Assembly: GCA_973895155.1 (NCBI GenBank) | Contig: OZ316896.1 | Coordinates: 19,456,754-19,520,753, forward strand | DNA: 64,000 bases | Reading direction: 5' to 3' | Source: Marsupella aquatica | Lineage: Eukaryota > Plantae > Marchantiophyta | In this document: positions 25,363-40,200 of the stretch, piece after piece | How positions within the stretch are numbered: position 1 is the first letter of the stretch | Layout of the letters: the number at the start of each line of letters is the position of its first letter | Translations under genes and position numbers: made by a program | The notes under the pieces: generated by a model | What the model saw: the letters and a program-made list of their open reading frames with translations, nothing else | Told to the model about the DNA's origin: nothing | The model's database searches: none

Positions 25363-28300
25363 CTCGAAGGAGACTTTGCGCAACCTGAAATACTGTACTG
25401 AATGCCCAGCTTTCAGTTCATCTCATCATTGACGGGAACTGAGGTGCCTGATCTTGTTGGTGACCGATTGGCCAAAAATTCCCAGTTCACAAATCTCTCT
25501 AATGTACTCAACCCAATTTCCAAACCGACCACTGAATCGGTCCAGAGCCGTCAGAACACACTATCCTTCAAACCATACTGCGAAGTTCAATAAAACCATC
25601 CCTAAAAAGTCTAGCTCCTCTGTCCTCGACCACCTTTAGGCAGAAGATCAGCAAACCTCCTTGAGTAGGAGCAAAACCCTACTCCTCTAATAAGAACATA
25701 ATTCTCCTCGTCAACGCCATCGTACCACATTCGTTCCCTCATTCCACAAACCCTGCATACAACGACTCCAGGAATTCCCCCTCGAACGTCTCTCTGCACC
25801 TCAAACGAATAGATGGCATGGCTCCGAGTCTGTCCTCTCCCAACGACGCCTCATGGACACATCAATTTCTTCACTGGGCAAATTGGAGACCACACGTCCG
25901 TCCACTCCAGTCTTCCGCCTTCACAATCCAGGCCACAAAGGTGGAAGGTCTTAGCCCATTGTACATGGCCCAAACAAGATTATCACCATGCAACATGCTC
26001 ATGGAACACCCCTAAGAAAATTGACCCTGCACATTTCTTGTGAAGCACTCCGAGGGATAGATAAGCTGCCAATATCCGTCTCGGAATTGAGCAGCAGGCG
26101 GTAGCTACAAACCTGGGACGACCTCGGCTGTCCATTCCAAGACGACACAGCGAGAACACGTCAAGCTTCGGACGAAATTACCCACCAACTGAAGCAATGT
26201 GCGATCTACGGGGCCTTGCAGGCTTTCAGAGGAGGATGAACAGGATATCCGGCTTGGACTTCCAAATATAAGCTACAGCATGGTGGTCTCGCATTAAATG
26301 GAAACAATAGATCCCTTCACCTATCGCTTCGCTACCACAATCTTCAAATCTAGAACGAAAGAACTTGATGCAGCCGCCCGCTTGCCCGCCCGTCATAGCC
26401 ACAAAGCGATCGTCTACCTCCCGTTCCGTTTCCGATGCAGATCGCTGACAACTCACCGATCTACTCGACCTACACAACATCTAGGGTACCATGAAAAACG
26501 ACACCCGAGCAAACAATCGGTACAACGCGACAAGAGCAAATTACAAAATCGCGCACACAAATAGGATCCCCGAACCGGTCAGCCATAGACATTAATGCGA
26601 GCTGCCAAGCTCCGCTCAGTACTGTTGCTCAAGAAATGACACTCATCCATCAATATTCGCAGGTTTGTGCATCCACTCGCACCCGTACCTCAATGGACAG
26701 GCAGACAGAGAGACGCAGCTCGACGATGTCTGCTCCGGCGCTCCCCTTTCTCTCTCGGTTCCCCTGTCTCCCTCCCGTATGCTCTGCTGCACACGAAGAG
26801 TGACAGAACCCGTAGCTCAGAAACGTCACCTCGTGGTCGGGTGTGTGAAGTGGAGGCAGAGAGTGAACGACTGAGACACGGATCACTCAACTTGGACAGA
26901 GAACTGTTTCTAATTGAAAACAAAGGAAACTAGGTGGTATCAAAATTGACTGGCAATGAGTTGGGGGTGACGGAAGGCAAAAATGTAGATAGATTGGTGT
27001 CTAATCGGAAGTGGAAGTTTTGATAATTTGATGCCAGTACATGTGCCACGTTTGACTTCGGGACAGATGTGGACGAAATAACATTTCTGTCTCCCACAAA
27101 TGTGAGGGAAATTACTTAAAGGGAAATTGTCTCTCAAACATGTGAAAATTCATGTGAAGAATATCGGTCTTCGCCGAGGAAAACACATGAAGCACGCACG
27201 TGTGGAAGATGAAGATGAACGGGTGCCAATCGCACGCCAGGATGAAGTCGATTGTCACCGAAGTGGAACGACCTTCCGCTGACTGGCGGAATGAGACGAC
27301 GGCTGCTACCCGGCTCTCGCTCTTGCCTCTTTCTACCTCCAGCAGCTGATGACCCATTCTTCGCCCTCCCCCGTCAAACGCGGCGGTGGATCGATGACAG
27401 GGAAAAGGGTTTTCTACTCCACCAGTCCATCACGCGACCGTATGTGACAGACACCAGACTGGACTGCTACTGCTGGGTCACTGCTGCTCCTACTAAAGCT
27501 CGATCCTCCCTGATTTTCTCTCCCTAAACTTCCTCTCCTTTGCTCCAGCCTCTGCTCTCTGTCTCATCAGCTCAGCTGAAGGTGGTCCCGGAAGGGAATA
27601 TACAATATTGCCTTCTCCACGATACCTGGCTCTGCGGCGCAATCTCCAGCTCCAATCCAGCAGAGAGAGCTCTAAGTGTTCGGGAGCTTGCTTTTGCTGG
27701 TGAAAAAGCTAAACAACACAGCCAAGGGGGTGGGGGAGGAGTGCTACACTGCTACTGCACTGATCAAGGCATGATGATCATGGATTGATTTGTAATAAGC
27801 AACAGATTTCGGGAAGGGAAACTCGGGAAGCAAAGTACATGTGATGCATGCCCCCGCCACCCACAGCTTGTCGTGGAGGAACGAAGTGCCCGCTGCTGCT
27901 GGCCCAGCTGCCACATCATGGTGCCCTTTCGCTGCCCTGCCGTTCCCTGCCCTGGCCTGCTTCGCCGCCTCAAACCACTGGACTCGGGAGACTTGAGGCA
28001 GGCAGAGATGTCGAGAACCACCATTTGAGCTGTTCTTCGCTCCTGTCCAAGAAACAGAGTTGTACGAGACTACGAGTGGCCAGAATGATTTTTTTTTCTT
28101 TTCCTTTTCCGGTTTTTAATTACATTGCCCCACTAAAGATGGATTGAATTTACAGTACTCCCGCTATTTTTGTTTTATTTGCAAACATATGTCACGGTTT
28201 GTGTATATGGCTCTTATCATCCATATACTGAATAGTGGTATTTTTATAGATACAAAAAAAAACTATCAATTAAAATGTTTTTAGTGATAAAGTACTTAGA

Positions 28301-28409
28301 AATTGTTTCTTTTGTTTTTCTCGTTTCCTCTCTCTCTCTTATGTTTCTCTTATGTTTGCTTTCAAAACTGAAAGCAAGCCCACCAAGGGAGGATAGATAG
28401 ACGTCCTGG

Positions 28410-29075
28410 TCTGGAGCATGCCATATTTTCTCTATTAAAAGATCTTTATGAATTACATTCACAAAGACACCATACAAGAGGGTGCCCATATTTTCTCCAT
28501 TGGAAGATATTTAGGAATTTCATTTACAAAGACACCTTACAAGAGGGTGGCCATATTTTCTGTATTGGAAGATCTTTATGAATTCCAGTCACAAAGACAC
28601 CATACAAGAGGGTGGCCAGAACTCTTTTTCTTTCTTTCTTAGTCTTGAAAGATAAAGATTATCATACAAGAGGGCTGCCAAAAGGGCAACGCCAGGGGGA
28701 CTCTTCTTCTTCTTCTTTTGGCCTTGAAGGATCTTTTTTAGTACCATTCATAAAGACAGCATACAAGAGAGTTGCCCAAAGGGCACCATAGGGGGAATTT
28801 TCTTTTTCTCCTTTCTTTGTTTTGAAAAATCTTTTTGAATATCATTCACAAGACAGCATACAACAGGGCTGCCCGAAGGGCAGCATCAGGGGGTACCTTT
28901 CTTCCAGTTTTACCCTTGAAAATTATTTTTGAATATTATTCACAAAGATAGCATGCAACAGGGCAATCCAAAGGGCAACAGCAGGGTTTTTTTTTTTCCT
29001 TTCATTTTTTGCCTTGACACGTCGTTTACAAAGACAGCATATAACAGGGTGACCCAAAGGGCAACAGCAGGGGGA
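28410..29075. repeat. Degenerate minisatellite with a core of CACAAAGACA(C/G)CATACAAGAGGG(T/C)(G/T)GCC
   Basis: About eight divergent copies of the core at roughly 60-120 bp spacing. Confidence 0.75.
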
Positions 29076-30529
29076 CCAAACAGTTGGTAGTGCCAAACAA
29101 GAAGGGGGGGAGGGGACGGCACCAGGACAGCTAGCCACCAGTGGCCAGAACATTGTGTTTTCTACACGCAAATTTTAGCCAAAGTCTTCCCCAACATTTG
29201 TGCTGGCTATTAATTAAACCACAGCTTCCTCTTTAAAGTTCTCACGGGGTTACCTTTACCCATTGTATAGTTTTGTGAGATTTTTAGTATCAGTGTTGTC
29301 TCATTACCTCATTAGAGGGGGCTATCAATGGCTCAAATTGAGATATTTCCGATAGCTATGTTCCACAACAAACCACATCTGAAAATAGTTCAGATTTGTG
29401 GAAAATTACCCCCAAAATGGCTCCTAAGATGGAAAGTGACCAAAACTTCCTGTATAAAGTACTCTAGGTAACGTACTACTACTCTCACATATTAGTAAAG
29501 AGCATATCATATAATGTGTGAATTTTGACCCATCATTAATTCACCATAGGGGATGATGGGTGGGTCAATCCGCATCTAAAAGTAGTTCATAGTTATATAT
29601 AGAAATCCCCACCCAAAAAGTGACTATCCTATGATCTGAAGTGAGTGGGAGTCTGGGAGAGCCTGCGGGATAGGTCCATCATATGGGGTAGGTCCATTAT
29701 TTAGCTAGGCAGATGAACATTGGCGGTTAGTGGCAGGGCCTTTTATAAGTGGCAGCTGAGTTATACAAGGAAAAAATCCCAAAATCTGTCATGCTATTAC
29801 CTTACTCAATTTACCCAAGTTGCTAGATCTGCCAGTTATCCTGAAACTGTGATCGAATGATGTAGATTCTATGTGTGAGATATGACTACCTTAGTATAGG
29901 GCTAACTAGATCTCCATCGGATCACAATGACTTGCCACCTCACCCATCGCACCCCAGCAAACAGAACCTTAAGCCCAGGATTTTGCACTTACATGTGGCT
30001 TGCACTACATGATACACTGGATGAGAAGTGCAGAGTCTTATGGATACTTCAGCAGTTTTCATAGACAGTCATGGGCCTATGTATATTATCAGTCTCTAGA
30101 AGCTGTCATCTTGTGTTTAGGATTGTGCATCGCCCTAAACCCTGTCTACTATCTTTTTGTTTTGTAGGGTGAACTTTACTTATGGTCTCCTCTCATGCAT
30201 ACGACATCTTTTGCAGTCGGCTCCATAAAACCAACAAAGTTGAATTCCCACTTGATCCCAGGCAGACTAAAAAAGAACCACAGTTAAAATATGGCTATAA
30301 ACCCCTGTCTCTTATCTCATAGCAACATATACTCTATTTAACGTTGTATACACTTACATGCTGTCACTTACAAAAGACCTTATTGCACTTAATAAAATTT
30401 CAAAGCTGTTGGGGAAAAATAATTTGATACTTTTCCCTTTTTTTTCTTGCAGGGCAGGAATGTTAATGCATAGTGTTGGCTGACCATCACTGAATTATTT
30501 GATTGGAGCTGGTATCAATACAATAATAT

Positions 30530-30710
30530 AGCATTGGTGTGGCATTCCAGCCTCAGCAATATCTAACAGCTTGTAAAAACATAGCCTTGGTGTGACATTC
30601 CAACCTCAGCAATTCCTAACAACATGTTAAAAAGGGAGCCTTGATGTGATATTCCAACCTTGGCAATTCCTGAAAGCTTATAAAAATATAGCCTGTTTGT
30701 GACAGTCCAA
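30530..30710. repeat. ~53-bp tandem repeat, 3-4 copies
   Basis: Repeated TTG(G/A)TGTG.(C/T)ATTCCA.CCT..GCAAT..CT.A. Confidence 0.75.
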
Positions 30711-31089
30711 CCAGTGTTTTTTCAAGTGGTAAAATTTAGGCAAATTCAGTTTTTAAAAATTTTTAAATACCTGTTTATTAGAAAAGCCACTGCGGCAAAG
30801 ACCAGCGAGGCAGACATCAAACCACACAAAGGGCCACACACACCTCAAACGGCGACAAAACTCCAGCAGCCACCCCACCAGTACACAAGGTCACCTCGTA
30901 AAGAGGGGCCAATGGGGGAGAAAGCACAAAAAATCTAAGCTGTACAATAGACAAACAAGGCACCACTGGATTGAACAGGGCTCTAACAGTAAAGAGTGGT
31001 AAACAGGCAAATTCAGTGAAAAGTTAGTGATGGAAAGAAAATTAGCATGGCTATTTGTCTTCAATTGGGGAGTTCCCCCCAGTAGCACC

Positions 31090-31270
31090 AGACCCCATTA
31101 GCCAGAACCTACGGTTTATCCTTAAATTCACTGAGGTCTGACAATCAAAGACTAATCTAGGAAATTGGATAAGGAATGTAGCCTTCACACCAGGTGACAC
31201 TTTATGGTCTCCTTTACACAAGGAGAAAGTTATTGGCCACTTTGGCTAGAAAACAAACCTTAAAAGTTAC
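31090..31270. repeat. Dispersed repeat (likely a DNA-transposon terminus); a second copy lies at ~38075-38235
   Basis: GACCCCATTAGCCAGAA.CTA.CGGT...TTGGCCAC..TGGCTA.AAA..AAACCTTAAAA is shared by both loci. An inverted partial match, CTAGCCACCAGTGGCCA, lies at ~29131. Confidence 0.5.
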
Positions 31271-34200
31271 CCTGATTCCAACCTCATCGATCTTGGAGGC
31301 TCTTTGCATGCTGTCCTGACATTGAAAAGGCCTCACAGATGTTAACTTATAAGCAAACCATTCCCCCTTTCGGCCTGTTTGGCCTGGCACCTTTGAGCTG
31401 CCATAGCTCATGCGTCCCATCTGTTCTCCTACCATACAACTCAGATTAGGTCTGTCCAACTGCCCAACTGTCTACTGCAGTCAACAACAACGTCCCCTTC
31501 CTGATCTTTGGGTCCTTCTGTTCCTCGTGACCACTTGGAGTGCATTTTCTTTTGGTTCCTTCCTTTTTTTTCCCTTTCCTTTCTGGCTTGCACCCTTTTT
31601 GGATGCTGCCCTCATCTATGGCTTTTGGCTCCCATTTTTGGTAACTTGGCTTTACTGATGTCCCCCTGATCCAAATCCTTTGCTCTTTTTGAAGCAACCT
31701 GGGTATAAATAAAGGCACCAACACAAAAATATAAATCAAGAACTATAATAGTATGTTGCGACTTTTTTTGCCGTGGTAGTCTTTTGAATTTCAAGGCCCC
31801 AAAACAAAAATTTGACAAAGAGAAGAAATAAACCAAAAAACCATTACATTTAGCCGTGAAGAAAGGAGTGACACCCTTTCCCAAGCAAGAAAAGTGAGCT
31901 GCCAAAGATGCACAAGAATCAAGTCATCATCCATGCATATAAACTTTAGTTTTAGGGTTTTTATTACTTGAAAACTTTGAGTGTGATATGGGACCTCCCT
32001 TGGAGTGAGCCGCCGAGATCCTCAGGCCTTTGACTATCTGGACCAGGAAGGCAAGCTCTCAGCAACATGATGCAGCAACTGTTGTGCCCATTGTTGATCT
32101 CTATGCATCTTTGCTTGAGACCCCACTTGTGCAGGTTTCTTCTTTGCCAAGTCACCTCTTGTTGAAAATAACTACATGTATGCTTCAAAATATTTCACCT
32201 TTGGAGCTAGGGAGTACGTCTTTCCAAAAGTCCTTTGCACTTCTCTTCATGAAAAGAATGTGAGTCATGAACCTCCAACAAAGCGCCTTTTCAAGCCTGA
32301 CCTCAGCACTATGGGGTTTCCTGTTCTACTATCAAGCTCTACACCCTTATATGATCTGGTACACAGACTTCTAACACAAGGAAAACATTTCAAGGGGTCC
32401 CAATTGTCACAAATGAAAATATGTAGCTTGAGGGGTCGACTACAGAAATCCATAAGGATGAAGTGCAAGAAAAATAGGTACATTCGAGGATAAGAAGTAA
32501 AGAAGGTGGTGTTTGTTATTTGTGATCAAAATATAATGTAGAAACTAATTTTACAGATCAGTATATATTATGGAATGTTTGCAAACTATATGTGTAAACT
32601 ACCTTCTTTTACGCGCAAAGAGGCATGGTTGTGGGATAGCTCACTTGAGTGGAGACTGATAAGTCTTGGGTTCAACTATATTCATTTGACTGACTGTTTT
32701 CCATCTAGGGGATTTTCACCTGGCTAGGGGTCCATAAACTTAGCATATACCTATTGAAAACCCAAATAAATGGCAGAAGGCTTTCTATTTGAATAGACTG
32801 TCCACAGGGTGCATTACCGGAATAGAATGCCAGTGCCTCAAGTGGTTTGGGGGAAGAAGGGTACTCTAGGTCATGCACTTGTCTGAGAAGAGCACAGTGC
32901 AGTTTTTCAGAAGTGCAATACCCTAAAATCCTGCATTGTTGAAAATATTGGACACTGTCTGGCGACTGTACTCTCATCTTGACCTGGTATTGGGACTTGA
33001 ATGGGAGGCATAATTATTTTAAAAATTGAATCAGCATATGCACATTCGCATTCATAACCCATCAAAAGGTCATGGTGGTTGGTGCTTGTGTTTGACTTGT
33101 TTATAGGTACGAGGAAGCTATTTTGACACCACGTCTGAAATGTAACAATCACGAACGATTGTCCTTCCCTGCATTCTTTTTGCTTTTTGTTTGGTTAGGG
33201 AAAAGGGCACAGAGACCCACCACTTTACATGCATATATCATGACACAGTACAACATTAAAAAAATCCCTTACTTTAGAGACATTTGTTGCTGTAGTAAAG
33301 TTGGCACAAACTCTGGCTGAAAATTGTACATTTGTCTCGTTCACCATTTTCTTCTTCATGACTGTACACAATAACTCAAGCGGATGAGTGCTGGCTGCTC
33401 TCAATCCATGACTGAGCTTTGAATCCTTTGATCTACTACTGTAACTTTATGTCAGTTCATGAGTGAGTTCGAGCCTGAAAAAACAAGTTCTGTCGTCAGC
33501 GTCTATCTTTGTCCAGCTGTTGTTTGTCAATTCCAGACGTCTAGAACCAGCCTTCCCCAGAGGAGACTTCTCCCCCGGGGACTAATAATTTAGTTCGTCG
33601 TGATCTGTATAGTAGTATATAGATTCAGAGTTCGCTGTCTGGAGTAGTAACCTGACTTGTGATAATGGGACGGAGTAACGGCAGGCATCTTCAAGATTCC
33701 TTGACTGCGATGTAAGATAGAATGATGGAAGGAGAGAGAGCTGCACTAGTCTACGTTTGGAATTTGGAGATCTGGCTGATCTGCAATCAGTCGAGTTCCA
33801 GGATTCTTATTCAATCTCTGGATGGCTGGATCCTCTTGCAGCCATCCGCACAGTACTCACTCAGGCAGGTGTACGGTAGTCGAAATATGGCAACAGAAAC
33901 TTGTTGAATTGAAAGAGCTACAGTTAACAGATTCTTCGGAGAGGAATCACACGATGTTGTAACTTTTACGATGTACTGTGGAGTATCGTCCACAGCACAG
34001 CCATCCCTCGAGCTACAGTGTGGAGTGCCTGGCATCGCGGTATCCTCTCCACTACAGTGCCAAGCTCGTCGGCTTCGCATGGCCTGGATTGACGGGCACC
34101 CCACTGTCTCGGCTCCGCTCCACGGGCACGTTCGGGATTTGTGTGCGTTTTAACGGTACAGAATTTATGGGGTAGCCGACATCAATGCAGTTTAGAGCTT

Positions 34201-37200
34201 CGCATTTTGCTCCTGCTCCCCGAAAAGTGTGAAGAGCACCACCCTTGTAGAATTTCGGCAGAAATTCGGAATTCGGAATTCCCACAGGAGATTCTCAAAT
34301 CTCGGGCTGCTAGATTGGCGGACCGCGCACACGGGGAGTGTCTAAGTGTGCCCTCACTACTCTGGACCCACAGCTTCTTGACCTCAGAGCGTCAGTCTCC
34401 ACTGTCTTTGCGGCTAGTATTATCGTCGAGAGTACTTATCCAGAAATTGGGTGACTTCCATCACTCTACGGCTATTCTATCGATGAATCGTCGTCCTTCG
34501 TCGGTCGGGAACTCAGGATGGGCACGAAAAGTCCGCCCAGAATGAGTGGGGCTGTGGACACCGGTCAATAATGACTCACTTTGTAGGCTAAGCGTGCGGG
34601 AACAAGCTTTTTGCGTCCAGAACGCAGGGCGAGGCTGGTGGGCGACCTTAGGTTGCCTTTTCTGCAGGGTTTTTTAAAATTCTTTTTAACTGCTCTTGAA
34701 AACTGGCGGTTGGCACAGAATCGGTCTCCATCTGGCACTTTCGGTGGAACGATTTTTTAAAGTTTTCTTTTTAAGGATTTAGGTAGTACTTGGCAGGACG
34801 TTCGTCAGTCTGGCACCCAACGGCAATAATTTTGTCTGGACACTTATAAAGTGCTATGCAAAGCTAGATTTTCAAGCTACCCTATCTTTTGAGTGATTCT
34901 AGCTGATACGAGTGTAAGTATTAATGAGTGGAATGGAGCAGAGAGTAGATGTGAAAGAGTTGGAGGTATGAGGAGGCTCACTTGAGTATATTCTTGCAAG
35001 GAAACGTTTGGGAGGGAGTAATGGGGTGCCAAAAGAGTATGTCTGTACGAGTGGGAGGCTACATAGAGTAGATATGAAAATTCAGCCAGACTCTTCCCCT
35101 GGAATGTCATGACATTTGTACAGTTTGCTGCCCAAGTCCCAAAAAAGCTGGTCTGATCCCCACTTTTGGGTGGGTAATGACATAAAATGCTCTCGCCCAT
35201 GGTGAGTTTCCAACCCACAACCTCTGCCTTCCCATTCACCTCGGCTACCCCTACACCCTCAGCCTGTTGTAGGAAAATGGGGATCCATTTTTTGGTATAT
35301 ATTTTAATAATAAACATCCAGCCCAGGTAGCATCTGCGGGCAATGGGTCCAGAGAATCATTAATGACTTTCCAGGGACATGTAGCCCTGAATATATGAAA
35401 GAGTTAGAGGTATGAAAGAGGCTCACTTGAATATATTCTTGCAAGGCAAATTTAGGGAGGCAGCACGCCTAACAGAGTGTCAAGATTGATAGAGACAGAA
35501 AGGAGAAGCATGAAAGACAGCTCCCAGAAGCTGTTTCATTATCTTGAAACTAACTTGACTTGTCACCCACGGACATTACCAAAATCTCTCATGTGTTCAT
35601 CGCAATTAAAAAGCATTAATCTGTCATTAAATATTTATGAGTATGTCAAGAGGATGCTCCAGGCTTATAGTTACTTGAGGGTCCTTGGGATGCCCTTCAC
35701 TCTCCCTGCAGCTTGCTACCCTCCCGAATTTGTTTTGGCTCCCGGCTGGTCTGATTGGCGCCGATATCCTTTGGCAATTCTGTACTTGGTTGCTTTGCTT
35801 TGATGTCCCGTTGCAAGCAGTTGTCCAACTATTAGTTGAGAGACTCCACTAGTTGGTTACCCCTTAGTTGCTTGTAATTCTTCTATATTCCTCAACTTAG
35901 TACCCAAGCCTCTCCTTCTGGGCCACAATCTAGTTGTGACTATCCGTCAAGGTATAGGTTAGAGTTGCATTGAATCTCAAGGTACAATATGTTAGCAAAT
36001 CTTGCTTGGATGCAAAGGAATCTTGTGACACACCAGTCAAAATGAGTCATCACTCTCTAGTGTGGATAGATGAGTGTTCATTAAGTGGCTTGGGCAAAAG
36101 GGACCAAACATCCAGTCACTCTCATTATGGAAAGACACCCAACAACATGACCCATCCTAATTTTGCGCAAGAGCCAAAGAAATTGGCCTTAAAACCCTGA
36201 GACATACACTTAGTGGACCTTCAAACTTGTTCTCTCAATGAACCAGAAGACTGAGATCCTCTCCTATTGGACCCAAAGCTTCAGATTTTCTCCTAGTGGA
36301 TCTATGGGCCTATGGGCCTATGGGCCTATGGGCCAACTCATTACCACACAGTTCACACTGACTGTGCAGCCTGATAATACTCTAGTTGGTCATGTGTTGT
36401 AACGTCAAAAAGGTGAAAGTGTAGTGAGTGCATCACACAAGGCCCATAGCCCTTGTCTGGGGTCCTCACTTATTTCCTTTCAACCCAGCACAGGAAAAAA
36501 AATATAGGGTTTGTTTATTGGGTTGAGAATAATACTTTTAAATTTATGTTGAAAAACATTAGGGTTTTTAGAATACAATTTTGAGAATTATAAGAGAAGA
36601 AAGAGTTTTAGAACTGAATTTTTGGAATATTTTTAGAATATTCTCAAAAAATTAGGGTGGAAAAGTAGTTCAATTTTTTATTATTATTCTTTATTTTTTA
36701 GGGTGTTTAGTAGCTAAAAATGTTAAGCGTGTTATGAGAGCCCCTTTTTGAGTGAGGCCCCCGAGAGCCCCTGGCCACAATGAAGCACCCAAGCGTCGTG
36801 GCACAACTTATGGTCTAGCTTGGTTGAATACATTGTGACTATTGTATTCAAACTAAAAATGAATGATCTTATGGTTACATTGGAGCACCCAAGCCCGAAC
36901 TCCTAGCTTGGTTGAATACATACAAGTTTTAAAATTCAAATGTACCCTTGTTTTATGAAAGTTGTTGGGAACTTGTTTTCTTTTCATGACTGCATTTAGG
37001 TTCATTCCTCAACACTTTTGTGTGTCGCTTGTTCTTGCTTGCATTTCTTCAATGGCTACCCTTTAAGATGTGTGAATTGCAATGTAGGAGCGGCCATAAA
37101 ATATCAATTGGGCCAATCCAGGTTTATGTTTACAATTTGGCAGGTATTAGAATGAATACATTCTGCATTTTGAGTTTACATGCAAACTCTGTGTGTATGC

Positions 37201-40200
37201 ATTGTTGTCAATGTATACAAATTTTAATGACAACTTACTGAACATTATGTTATAAAAACTTCTGGCACAAAATGGTATCTTTGGTTGGCCCAAAGGTCTT
37301 TTGGTCCATTAAGAAAAAAAGTTTGTTTCTAGTCCCACTAAGTATATTTCTTCTTAAACCCCTGGTTTAGGGAAAACTCTATGGTTGAGAACAGTTTCAT
37401 CACAAATATCAGAAAATTGGATTGAAGGTAGATAAAACTAAAAATCAAGGAACGTGGCCTAGAGATGCATGCCTATGTGGGATCTCACTTGACTTGAGAC
37501 TCATAGATGTAAAGTTCAAATGTTGTGGCTGAATATTCACTTTATGTGAGGTTTCAGAAATTTCCCCATAAAATAATTTTAAAAATTAATAAATAAATAA
37601 AATCAAGGAACCTGTCCCCTGGTCTTCTGTCTCTTATGAAAGTGGAAAGGTTCAGATTTCGAGGATGAAAGCCTCGAAAATTTCAACGAGGCTGAATGGA
37701 TCGACGCTGCCATCTGCCACATCCGACAGACCTTCGAATCGAAGCCAGCAAAAGTGAAAACGCAATCGAGATGGGAGATCGAGCACTCATCACTGTCTCA
37801 TCCATTTGTGGCTCCCAGTCAAATGGTACCCACCACCCCACCCCACCGACGACTGAAGCTGACCTTCCCCAAATGCTGCCCCGATATTTCTTTCTTTTTT
37901 GCCTCGAAAGACTGTCCAGATCTTTCTCTTGTGTGGATTAGTAGCAGCCTATTTTTAAAATTTTTAAGTGCGAATTTTAGCCAAATTCCACTTCCCCAAA
38001 ATACTTTCGCCACTTTTGGCTAATATTGGCTACATTTTTCTGACACCATTATTCACTTTTACACCAAATCATGGACCCCATTAGCCAGAATCTAACGGTA
38101 CTTCTTAAATCTAGGGGTATTTGACGGTCACAATTTAATTCAGTAAAATCTGACAGAGAATATTTGAAGAATCTACTCCCTTATAGAAAAGCAAACATTG
38201 GCCACACTGGCTAAAAATAAAAAACCTTAAAAACTACAAGTCCATCATCCCCCTCACTACTACTCCAAATACTTCAGCATGCTGCAATCTCTGCCGCAAT
38301 TCGAGCAGCTCAGGGCTAAAGCACGACCTCCGAAGTTTTGGGGACATTGAGGAATGTACTCCATGTGCATGCAAACGAAAGTGCACCTGAATGCGGCAAT
38401 AGTTCCTAGCTACTCGAGAAAGGAGGACACAGGCCTACGGTACTAATGCTGTTGGCGATCTCCACTCGACCTCTCCTGTCGGTGCTCATCTTTAACCGCC
38501 ACTGTCCCCGACGCAATTTTCGAGGCAAGACAGCAAACCTGATGGAAATTAGTCAATCACGTTCTCAAGAAAATGGATCAGGTTGCCAAAAGTAGGCAAC
38601 GATGTTCTCAAGGAAGTAAAAAAATGCACTGTTCTGTCCTCCCGGAACGTGGTGGACAGTGCCGGTTTAAGCAAACCGTGCTTATTTGAAGATTGGTTTC
38701 TTCCAGGTAAGAATTGGAAAAAACCTTGTTCAGATATGGGCCTTTCTAAGATGGCTGGGGGCCAGACGCCAGTGCTTTAATTAGTTTCGCAAGGAAATTG
38801 GAACGGAGCTTTCCAAATCGAGATCAAATGGTGCACATCGACAGAGATTGCTCTTTGGCATTTGTGGACTTGGGCAATCCAAAATCGCAGACATACGATC
38901 GTCATTTGATCCAATTCGAGAATCATTGAAATCTCAGACCTAAGCTCTACCGTACTTTCGTACAGTTCGAAAGGGTAGTAAAGGGGAGAACCGCTTCCAT
39001 TCTAAGGGCAACTGAATTCGAGCAGAGCAATCAACTCCAGAGTTGAACGGGTTACAAACTGGGTAATCTAAATGGATTGTAGAGTCTACGATCGGAGAAA
39101 ACTTGTAGCAGTGAAAACGATTTGTGTCGCTTTTTCCCTTTGTCACTCCTGTTTACCAGACAAATGATTTTTCCACTTTTCAAGTTCGCTGCATGGAAAT
39201 GAAAGCTTTTTGGCTCATCGCATAATTTCTCTGCTGAGATAGACATTGTGAGACCCACAGGTTTCTTGAAGGTAGACAAGAGAAGTCTAGTCCAGGTACG
39301 GCGTGCCAGTTGCAGCAAAAGAAAGAAGTGCATGCAACTTTTACAGTGCTTAAAAACCCACCACCCCATGCCTGACCTGACCATCATTGTCCACAACAGC
39401 AGCAACAACTTCGACCCTCCATTCCAGCTACTTTCCACGTCCTGATTCGTACTGGATGCAATCAATTAATTTTCTATTCCATTTGGTGTTGCAGTGATCT
39501 GTGACCGAAGACCATTTCCATAACCATTTCCTACTGACCGAAGACCATTTCTATGGCGTATCTCACTTAAAAGCTCACTTGTATCCTGGTTCAGTTTAGC
39601 GCTCAGTGAATTTCCGGTTCGAGAGACAAAAGAAGTTCTCGATGGTCAGCTGCGATTGAAGATCGGTTGATTATAGCATAGGAGTTCCAACAGGCATATA
39701 TTAAATCTCATATCTCGCTTTCCATGAAGACAAACCAGCGAGATATTCTTGGAAGCGAGAGTAGAGTAGCAAAAGCCCTGCAACATGAAAAGACCAGCTA
39801 CTGACAGTTGGGGGGGGGAATTCTGCTTGAATGCGAATGTGAGGAAGGCCTGCCTGCCCTGCTTTCTGGCATGGATGCCCCAACCTACTTGTGTCAGTCT
39901 GCATCAGTGCATGGCTGTCTATCTACTCCAGTAAGATTTCCCCTGAATTCATCAAAGTGGTATCTCTACTCTGTCCAATTGCACTGTCTTTATTCCTTCA
40001 AACTGGTATTATTGTGAACCCAGAGGAACAAGCTCAGAGCTGCTGGAGCAAATGTAGAAATATAGAAATTATTGCAAAGAACAGAAGGCGCCATACCGGG
40101 AAACAGGGTCCCAAAGGCAAGAAACCCAACAAAGTGGTTACAAAGAAGAATCTTGGGACTGACAAGCACTTATGGTACAGGACCACGGGAGCACTTGTCA

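Noticed and set aside
27540-27690. miR529/miR156-like hairpin
   Set aside because: Only a partial GAGAGAG/CTCTCT match; no extended stem and no full mature sequence.
31960-33150. Possible decayed transposase or gene fragments on the minus strand
   Set aside because: Short, stop-interrupted frames with no motif I can assign; BLASTx would be needed.
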